Below, piece by piece: positions 56,923-63,378 of a DNA stretch of 63,378 bases (position 1 is the first letter of the stretch; each line of letters starts with the position of its first letter). The notes beneath the pieces are model-generated. The model was not told the origin of the DNA. It was given only the letters and a program-made list of their open reading frames with translations, and did no database searches. The stretch is from an uncultured Turneriella sp. GTDB lineage: Bacteria > Spirochaetota > Leptospiria > Turneriellales > Turneriellaceae. Made by a program: the position numbers and the translations under genes. The stretch is taken from assembly GCA_964356715.1 (NCBI GenBank), contig CAYHJO010000001.1, positions 1 through 63,378 on the forward strand, in the 5' to 3' direction.

Positions 56923-59157
56923 ATGAAACCCACAGCCTTCCGCCAACCGGTTTTCCAGTTCTTTCTCGGCCTCTTCACCCGCGCTGAAACCGCGATCAAC
57001 CATGTCTGGGGTGAGCGCTGGAATTTCTTCTACTATCTAGGCTCTTTGCCCATTGTCCTTCTCTTTATTCTGCTGTTCACCGGCCTCTTCATGTTTATCT
57101 ACTATAACATGTCTGTGTCGTCGAGCTACGACTCCGTAAAGTATATGACCGAACACGCGCTGTTCGGCCGTTTCATGCGCAACCTGCACCGTTATGCGGC
57201 AGATGCGATGATGTTTTTCGTTATCTTACACCTGCTTCGGGTGCTGTTTGAAGAGAAATTCCAGAACCATCGTACACTGGCCTGGATTACCGGCCTTATC
57301 ATCATGCTGCTGATGCTGGTCCAGGGTGTCACCGGCTACATTCTGCCGCTCGACACAACTTCGCGTTTTGTGATGGAAAAGACCTCCGAGATATTGGCCG
57401 GTCTCAAAGTGTTTGGCGATACCCTGCCGCGCTCGTTTTCTTCGCCGGCACTGCTCGGCAAATGGATCATGTGGGTGATACTCATCGTGCACCTGATCAT
57501 CCCTCTGTTTTTTGTGCTCTTGCTGTTTATTCATCTGCTGCGCGTTTCGCGCGCCAAACTGTTTCCACCGAAGCACATCTCGCTCGCCTTCATCGCGATT
57601 CTGGCAGTTTATACCATAGTCATCCCGATACCGATGGCGGGCAAGGCCGAAGCCGAAAAGCTGCCGCAGCTTCTGCAGCCCGACTGGTTTTATCTGTTTT
57701 TCGCGCCGGTATTTGAAAACCGTTTCGGCATCTATATCTGGTTCGCAATGGGGGCGACGGTCTTTGGCCTCTTCGCTTTGCCATGGCTACTCAAACGCCG
57801 CAAGATTGTGCCGGCGGTAGTCACTGCCGACAAATGCACAGGCTGCGGGCTGTGCGCGATCGATTGTCCGTATCAGGCGATGCACATGGTCGAACGGCGT
57901 GACGAGAGCCATCACAAATACCTGGTCTCGATCGACACCAATATCTGCTCGGGCTGTGGCGTATGTTCGGGCTCGTGCGCTTATGGTGCGATTGGGTTTC
58001 CGGCCTCACCCACCCTCACCCCCAACCCCTCTCCCGAAGGGAGAGGGGAGCTTAAACTCCCCTTCTCTCTGCAAGAGAAGGGGGCGGGGGATGAGTTCGG
58101 CGAGCTCAACGGCAAATGGCTCACCCTCGTCTGCCAGAGCCGCGCACATACTCTCGGTATTAGCGATGATTCAGGCAGGTCGCATAGCGACCTGCCTGAA
58201 TCATCGCATGTCTTCCAGGTCGTTCCATGCTCAGGCAAACTCGGCGTCAGCATGGCAGAAGAGATTCGCAGCGCCGGCGCAAAAGGCATCATTGTCGGCG
58301 CCTGCCCCGGCGGCGATTGCTGGTACCGCGAAGGCAACAAATGGCTCGAAGACCGCATCGCGCAGAATCGCAAACCGGGGTTTAGAAAAATTCCCGCCGA
58401 GTTTCCGATTCTCGGCATACGTTTTACCGGCGCGCAGAAGAAGGATTTTCTGCGTGAAGTGAATTCGATCGTTACGCAGCAGATATACCGCAATAAACCG
58501 ATACCGACGCGGCTGTTTGAATTCCTCAAACCCTCGCAGTGGGCATATTCGTTTTCCATGAGCACGCTTGCGCTCGCGGCGCTGCTGTGGGTGTTCTATA
58601 TGGGGTCGTCGTCGCGCTTTGGTGCTGTCACGGGCGACGCGAATGCCGCGCTGATTCGTCTCGACTTCTTCTACCAGACCGACAAAAAGACTTGCTCCGC
58701 CGACATGATTCCACCGGGCGCGAAACAGGCCGCGCTCGAACGCATGGCAGGTCTGGTCAAGCTCGACAATCTCACACCCGAAGCGCGCGAGCGTATGCTC
58801 AAACAGGCAGAAGACAGCGTCGCGAGCAAATACTGTAGCCGCGCGCGCCGCAGTCTCGACATTCAGGTGCGCGTCGATGGCAATCTGGTCGCCGAAAATT
58901 CGTATGCACCGGCTGGCTTCCAGAACGACGGTATTACGTATGTGCTGATGAAGCAGAAGACGACGCCGGGGGTGCACACAATACACATCGCCGCGCATGA
59001 AAGAGACACCGCATCGCTGGGGCGCAAATTCGAATTTGCGGAAAAAATGGAATTCATTCAGGGCGAGGTAAAATTGATTGACTTCGAACCTAATCAGGCA
59101 AAGTTCTTTCTGCGCACGGTCAAGCCTGTGCCTGAAAATGCGACAGGGAAGGAGTAG
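56923..59157 (+). CDS. Fusion protein: cytochrome b + 2x[4Fe-4S] ferredoxin + MvhD/FlpD-like [2Fe-2S] domain + TM + soluble tail
   Basis: Heme His pairs LHRY..LHLLR and VHL..IHLLR, PDWF; CTGCGLCAIDCP, CSGCGVCSGSCA; VPCSG, GACPGGDCWYREGN. Confidence 0.88.
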   Translation: MKPTAFRQPVFQFFLGLFTRAETAINHVWGERWNFFYYLGSLPIVLLFILLFTGLFMFIYYNMSVSSSYDSVKYMTEHALFGRFMRNLHRYAADAMMFFVILHLLRVLFEEKFQNHRTLAWITGLIIMLLMLVQGVTGYILPLDTTSRFVMEKTSEILAGLKVFGDTLPRSFSSPALLGKWIMWVILIVHLIIPLFFVLLLFIHLLRVSRAKLFPPKHISLAFIAILAVYTIVIPIPMAGKAEAEKLPQLLQPDWFYLFFAPVFENRFGIYIWFAMGATVFGLFALPWLLKRRKIVPAVVTADKCTGCGLCAIDCPYQAMHMVERRDESHHKYLVSIDTNICSGCGVCSGSCAYGAIGFPASPTLTPNPSPEGRGELKLPFSLQEKGAGDEFGELNGKWLTLVCQSRAHTLGISDDSGRSHSDLPESSHVFQVVPCSGKLGVSMAEEIRSAGAKGIIVGACPGGDCWYREGNKWLEDRIAQNRKPGFRKIPAEFPILGIRFTGAQKKDFLREVNSIVTQQIYRNKPIPTRLFEFLKPSQWAYSFSMSTLALAALLWVFYMGSSSRFGAVTGDANAALIRLDFFYQTDKKTCSADMIPPGAKQAALERMAGLVKLDNLTPEARERMLKQAEDSVASKYCSRARRSLDIQVRVDGNLVAENSYAPAGFQNDGITYVLMKQKTTPGVHTIHIAAHERDTASLGRKFEFAEKMEFIQGEVKLIDFEPNQAKFFLRTVKPVPENATGKE
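58013..58097. repeat. In-frame copy of the 56815-type element within the cytochrome b fusion
   Basis: CCCTCACCCCCAACCCCTCTCCC-GAA-GGGAGAGGGG...CCCCTTCTCT-CTGCA-AGAGAAGGGG..GATGAGTT; encodes TLTPNPSPEGRGELKLPFSLQEKGAGDE. Confidence 0.85.
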
Positions 59158-59871
59158 ATGCGTCTAATATTACCCACAAACACCAATTGGAATACATTCC
59201 CGCTCTGTCTTCTTTCAACTATATTCTCTCTTCTCGCCTGCAAACCTGCGGTCGAGAAAATATACGAATCGAGTTTTAATCTGCGCGCTGCGCGCGAGCT
59301 CGATTCGACGGGCGATAGCAGCGGGGCGCGATATTACCTGAATCGTGCAAAAAGCGAGGTGAACGCGCGCGCAGAAGCGGACGACTTTCTCCGCCGCATC
59401 GGCGAACGCAAAACCAAAGCCGGGGGATGCATCGACGACAAGAAGACTGATCTTGAAATCAATCAGTACCCGCGCATACGGCACAAACATTTTTTTCAAC
59501 TTGCGGTCTGTCTCGAGTCGGCGGGCGAAACCGATAGGGCTTTGAAATCCTACAAACTTTCGGAAAATGCCGGGTCAAAGCAACCGCAACTCTACATACG
59601 CCGCGCGCTGCTCAACGAACGGCTGGGTGACGGGGTGGCCGCCGCACACGATTTTAACCACGCGGTCGAGCTCAACGCCGAATACCCCCCCGCGCAGCTC
59701 TCGCAGGCGTTGTTTCTCGCGCGTACGGGGCGTGGCGAAGAGGCGGAAAAAATTGCCACCACGTTGCAGGCCAAAAAGCATTTTTATGCTGAGATTATCC
59801 GCGATGTGCTGAAAGACCGTGAAAATTTTGCCAAAGCGTGGCCGCAGGCAGCGGCAAGGGTTGCTAAATGA
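59158..59871 (+). CDS. TPR-repeat lipoprotein
   Basis: LLA-C lipobox; TPR-like helices (YIRRA...LG...A..DF..AVELN). Confidence 0.7.
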   Translation: MRLILPTNTNWNTFPLCLLSTIFSLLACKPAVEKIYESSFNLRAARELDSTGDSSGARYYLNRAKSEVNARAEADDFLRRIGERKTKAGGCIDDKKTDLEINQYPRIRHKHFFQLAVCLESAGETDRALKSYKLSENAGSKQPQLYIRRALLNERLGDGVAAAHDFNHAVELNAEYPPAQLSQALFLARTGRGEEAEKIATTLQAKKHFYAEIIRDVLKDRENFAKAWPQAAARVAK

Positions 59872-60497
59872 ACGGCAGCAGTTCAAGACGCCTGTGGCTT
59901 CTGCGCCTGACCGGCATTCTGTTTATGTGCGCTTCGGTCTACATTGCCTGGTACACGATGAGTTCGGGCAAACCGCGCGACTTCTGGAAAGAGAAGATGA
60001 ACCCGCGGCGCGGCAACATTACCGAAATCCAGGGTGAGTTTGAAGACCAGGACGGAAAAAAGGTATCTTTGAAAGAATTTCAGAATAAACAGGTGATTGC
60101 CACCTTCGTGTTCAAAGACTGCAACATGTCATGCCCGTTTATCATGAGTGATCTGAAATTTTTCGACGCGGAAAATCCTACTTTCAAGGATAATGGGGCC
60201 TTTATCGTGTTCACCTTCGAAGATCATCGCGGCCACGGCGATCAGCTAAAAGATTTTTTGAAAAAATATCGTATCGCCGGCGACCACTGGCGCGTGCTGA
60301 CTTCAGATGCGAAGACTATACGCAGGCTCGCCGACACGTTCGAGCTGCAATACAACAAAGGCGAAGACGGCAACTATGTCTATATGCACACGAACTTCTA
60401 CGCGGTAGCGGATAAAACCGGAAAAGTAAAACGCGAATTTCGTGGCATGGAGCCAAATAAGGCAAAATTTGTCGGCGAAATCAGGGATGCGCTGTGA
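59868..60497 (+). CDS. SCO1/SenC family copper chaperone
   Basis: DQDG..V, CNMSCP (CxxxC), conserved His in YMHT. Confidence 0.88.
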   Translation: MNGSSSRRLWLLRLTGILFMCASVYIAWYTMSSGKPRDFWKEKMNPRRGNITEIQGEFEDQDGKKVSLKEFQNKQVIATFVFKDCNMSCPFIMSDLKFFDAENPTFKDNGAFIVFTFEDHRGHGDQLKDFLKKYRIAGDHWRVLTSDAKTIRRLADTFELQYNKGEDGNYVYMHTNFYAVADKTGKVKREFRGMEPNKAKFVGEIRDAL

Positions 60498-60880
60498 TAA
60501 AAAAGAACCGGGTCACCTACGCAATTTTGATTCTCGGCATCTGGGCGCTGTTTGCAGCCAACGGCATCAAGGATTTCTATTTTGAGATGAAACTCAAAGC
60601 GCGCGGCGAGGTGATCAGCTATTCGACGCTCGCCGAATTCTGCGGCTGGACGGGCGACAAAAAACCCGGCGAAAGCGACTGGGATTACCGCTGGCGTTCG
60701 GCGCGTAACATGTTTTCAGCCGTGATGACGATGAGCTTTCTGTCGGTGCTTTTTTTCAGTTCTGTACTCGGCGCAATTTTGGGGCTTTTCTATCTCGGCG
60801 GTGCCTTTAAGGACGAAGAGCAGGTCGGCGCCGGCGCGGCCAGCGTAACGGCAGTGCCTGCGCGGCGGAAAGAAGTATGA
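60494..60880 (+). CDS. Hypothetical 2-TM membrane protein
   Basis: GTG start overlapping the SCO stop; two hydrophobic segments. Confidence 0.65.
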   Translation: MIKKNRVTYAILILGIWALFAANGIKDFYFEMKLKARGEVISYSTLAEFCGWTGDKKPGESDWDYRWRSARNMFSAVMTMSFLSVLFFSSVLGAILGLFYLGGAFKDEEQVGAGAASVTAVPARRKEV

Positions 60881-61659
60881 AAATTTCCACAAAAATCTGG
60901 ATACTGGTAACCACAGTGTTGTCGTTGGCGGCACTGGCGATCAAACTCTACTTTCTGCCCGCGGCCGAGCGTTTCTCCCGATTGACCGTCGAAGAACAGA
61001 TGGTCAGAGACATGGAATCTTTCGAGAAGATCATCGCCGTTGTGGTCACCGCGGCCAACGGCGACAAAGATTATGTGCGGCGTGCGCTCTATGCTATCAG
61101 CGCAGACAAAAAGATTCCTATCGAACTCAGGCGCAGCGAGTTTCTGCACAGGCAGTTTGGCCGGCGCAAAGATAAAGAACCCAAAAACGAATTCGAAGCC
61201 AACGCGCTTTCCTCCGGTGCCGCGCAATTCCGCACGACGGACAAATTTATCGAATATGCCTACCCGCTGAAAGCGCAGGCCGTCTGCATGGGTTGCCACG
61301 TCGACGCCGCTGGCAAATCGATTCCGTTCGGCTCTCCGGTAGGGCTCGCGATACGGCGCGTACCGCTGAGCGCAGTCACCGACTCGCGCATCGCGTACTT
61401 CACACTCGATCTGTTCTGGGAGAATTTTGGTCTCGTACTGTTCTCTGTTCTGCTGACGATACTGCCGGTTTTTCTGTGGATACTCAGACCGATTCGCGGC
61501 ATGGCCAAAGAAAGCGAAAGGTTGCTCAAGGCCGTGGACGAGCAGGGCGAGGGTGATGCGGTCACCGAATTCGAAATTACCAGCCACAGCAAAGATGCTG
61601 ACGAGCTGCACGCGATTCAGAGATTGATAAAATATGCCCAACGCCGACTCTCAAAATAA
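60877..61659 (+). CDS. Membrane-anchored c-type heme protein (Tll0287/DUF3365-like sensor domain with HAMP-like tail)
   Basis: TM - periplasmic domain with P.NEFE...L and YPL....CMGCH - TM - LRPI...DEL. Confidence 0.7.
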   Translation: MKISTKIWILVTTVLSLAALAIKLYFLPAAERFSRLTVEEQMVRDMESFEKIIAVVVTAANGDKDYVRRALYAISADKKIPIELRRSEFLHRQFGRRKDKEPKNEFEANALSSGAAQFRTTDKFIEYAYPLKAQAVCMGCHVDAAGKSIPFGSPVGLAIRRVPLSAVTDSRIAYFTLDLFWENFGLVLFSVLLTILPVFLWILRPIRGMAKESERLLKAVDEQGEGDAVTEFEITSHSKDADELHAIQRLIKYAQRRLSK

Positions 61660-62656
61660 ATCCGTTGCCCGCTGGCTCATAGTCTGTGCTGCAATAGTGT
61701 TCTGCATAGTGGTCGTCGGCGGCATCACGCGCCTGACGCGTTCGGGGTTGTCGATTGTCGAATGGAAGCCATTTACCGGCACCCTGCCGCCGCTCGGCGA
61801 GGCGCAGTGGAATGAAGAATTTGCCAAATACCGCGAGACTCCCGAATACAAGTTCGTCAACCGCGGCATGCAGCTGAATGAATTCAAAAATATCTTCTGG
61901 TGGGAATATATTCACCGCGTGCTCGCGCGGCTGATTGGTGTCGTGTTTCTTTTGCCGTTTCTGTTGTTTCTCGCGCGCAAACAGATTCGCGGCTTCATGG
62001 CGGGCCGCCTCGCGCTGATCTTCTTTCTCGGCGGGGCGCAGGGTTTTCTCGGCTGGTACATGGTCAAAAGCGGTCTGGTGAAAGACCCGCATGTCAGCCA
62101 TTTGCGGCTGATGAGCCACCTGCTTTTGGCGGTATTGCTCTATGCGACGATGCTCTATACCGCCTGGCAGTTCCTGCATCCGCAGGCAGGGCAGAAAAAA
62201 GCCACAGTCGGATGGTTGAATGTGCTCGTGACTTTTATACTGCTGGGAAGCGGCGCACTTGTCGCAGGACTCAAGGCCGGCAAAATCTATAATACGTTCC
62301 CGCTTATGAATGGCAGTTATTTTCCGCCGGGTGTCGAATTACAGGGGCCGTTCCTGAGCAACCTGATCGACAACCCGGCGATTGTGCAGTTCATCCACCG
62401 CAACATGGCCTATTTGCTCGGGCTGTGGATAGGCGCACAGCTCTATATCCGGCACGGTGAAATGCGCGCCGTGCATTTCAAACATCCGCTCGTGGCTTTT
62501 TTTGCGCTCTATCTGCTGCAGGTGCTGCTGGGTGTGCTGACGCTGCTCAACGCAGTGCCGGTCTCTCTGGGGGCGTTACACCAGGCGAACGCGATGCTGC
62601 TGTTCTCTGCGGCGCTGTATCTTCTTTTTCGCGACAGAACTCCGGCCGGGGCATGA
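61634..62656 (+). CDS. ctaA: Heme A synthase (COX15/CtaA, type 2)
   Basis: VGGITRLT.SGLSIVEW, EYIHR, GWYMVKSG, QFIHR, LHQ. Confidence 0.93.
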   Translation: MPNADSQNKSVARWLIVCAAIVFCIVVVGGITRLTRSGLSIVEWKPFTGTLPPLGEAQWNEEFAKYRETPEYKFVNRGMQLNEFKNIFWWEYIHRVLARLIGVVFLLPFLLFLARKQIRGFMAGRLALIFFLGGAQGFLGWYMVKSGLVKDPHVSHLRLMSHLLLAVLLYATMLYTAWQFLHPQAGQKKATVGWLNVLVTFILLGSGALVAGLKAGKIYNTFPLMNGSYFPPGVELQGPFLSNLIDNPAIVQFIHRNMAYLLGLWIGAQLYIRHGEMRAVHFKHPLVAFFALYLLQVLLGVLTLLNAVPVSLGALHQANAMLLFSAALYLLFRDRTPAGA

Positions 62657-63015
62657 GCGCAGATTTACCGCTGGTCTATTCCTGTTCAGGTTGCTCATCC
62701 GCGGCGCAGCTTGCCAATTCTCTCGCGCTGCGCCTCGACAGCGATGAGCACGCTGAAATGTCGTGCATCGCGGGCGTCGGCGGCGGCGTCAAATCCCTTG
62801 TGCGTGTGGCGAAAAGCGGCCGGCCGATTATCGCGCTCGACGGTTGTCCGCTGGTCTGCGTGGCCCATTGCCTGGCTCGGCATGGCCTGGTGGCTAAACG
62901 GCATGTTGTGCTGTCAGAATTCGGCGTTGAAAAGAAAAAAAAGCACCTGTTCACTGCCGAAGAAACCGAAGCGGCGTACGGGCAGCTCAAAGCACAGTTG
63001 GGCATTACCCGCTGA
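62653..63015 (+). CDS. DGC-domain putative zinc-binding protein
   Basis: YSCSGCSSAAQLAN, MSCIAGVG, DGCP..C...CL. Confidence 0.88.
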   Translation: MSADLPLVYSCSGCSSAAQLANSLALRLDSDEHAEMSCIAGVGGGVKSLVRVAKSGRPIIALDGCPLVCVAHCLARHGLVAKRHVVLSEFGVEKKKKHLFTAEETEAAYGQLKAQLGITR

Positions 63016-63021
63016 ACTCCC

Positions 63022-63378
63022 ATGGCTGTAAAATCGACTATCTTCAAAGCCGACCTGCAGGTGAACGATGCCGACAGAGATTATTACGAGCTGCATAAGC
63101 TGACTCTCGCGCGCCACCCGTCAGAGACCGACGAACGCATGATGCTGCGCCTGCTGGTGTTCGGCATGCACGCCGACAAATACCTCGAGTTTGCAGGCTC
63201 GATCAGCACAGAAGAGACTCCCGCGCTGTGGAAAAAAAATCTGTCCGGGGAAATTCAGGAATGGATTGAACTCGGTCAGCCCGACGAAAAAAGAATCCGC
63301 AAAGCCTGCGGCCGCGCGCGGCAGGTCTATATTTACTGTTACGGGCTGCACAAAGCGAAGCCGTGGTGGCAGGGCATA
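63022..63378 (+). CDS. yaeQ: YaeQ family protein (partial, runs off the window end)
   Basis: Manual translation MAVKSTIFKADL...DRDYY...LARHPSETDERMMLRLL...WIELGQPDEKRIRKAC. Confidence 0.9.
   Translation, partial: MAVKSTIFKADLQVNDADRDYYELHKLTLARHPSETDERMMLRLLVFGMHADKYLEFAGSISTEETPALWKKNLSGEIQEWIELGQPDEKRIRKACGRARQVYIYCYGLHKAKPWWQGI

Noticed and set aside
56923-59157. Hydrogenase or cytochrome bc1 complex
   Set aside because: No NiFe/FeFe catalytic subunit, Rieske protein or cytochrome c1 in the window.

Overview
A gene-dense bacterial chromosome segment, most likely from a Leptospiraceae spirochete of Turneriella type. That assignment is inferred from a DUF1564-like gene, the long RodA, a POTRA-less Omp85, a Cys-rich surface lipoprotein and several membrane sensor-cyclase fusions. 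The centre is housekeeping: tmk, fadD, yebC, proS, apaG, mreCD-mrdA-rodA, rpsP-khpA-rimM...trmD and eno. Two accessory modules flank it. (1) 5.2-13.5 kb holds an apparently uncharacterised catabolic operon: an acetoacetate-decarboxylase-fold protein, two tandem CrtI/COG1233-like flavoproteins, an SRPBCC/CoxG-like protein, a small ORF, and a non-PFL (GCVEP, eliminase-type) glycyl radical enzyme with its activase. It shares an inverted-repeat operator with the upstream aldolase/SDR and ric divergon. (2) 50.8-63 kb holds a module with three FNR-type boxes, built around a heme-copper oxidoreductase whose active-site Tyr is replaced by Gln (HSAQQ, the eNOR-type NO reductase signature). It also encodes a CuA subunit II, a separate IIa-like peptide, a cytochrome b/2x[4Fe-4S]/MvhD-like fusion, SCO, a c-heme protein and heme A synthase. 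Its promoter shares an 18/21-nt motif with the ric promoter. The window also carries many long palindromes and REP/MITE-like repeats, three of which are translated in frame (proS, the cyt b fusion, the DUF4349 gene). No rRNA, tRNA, CRISPR array or transposase was recognised. All family calls are from motif recognition, not database searches.
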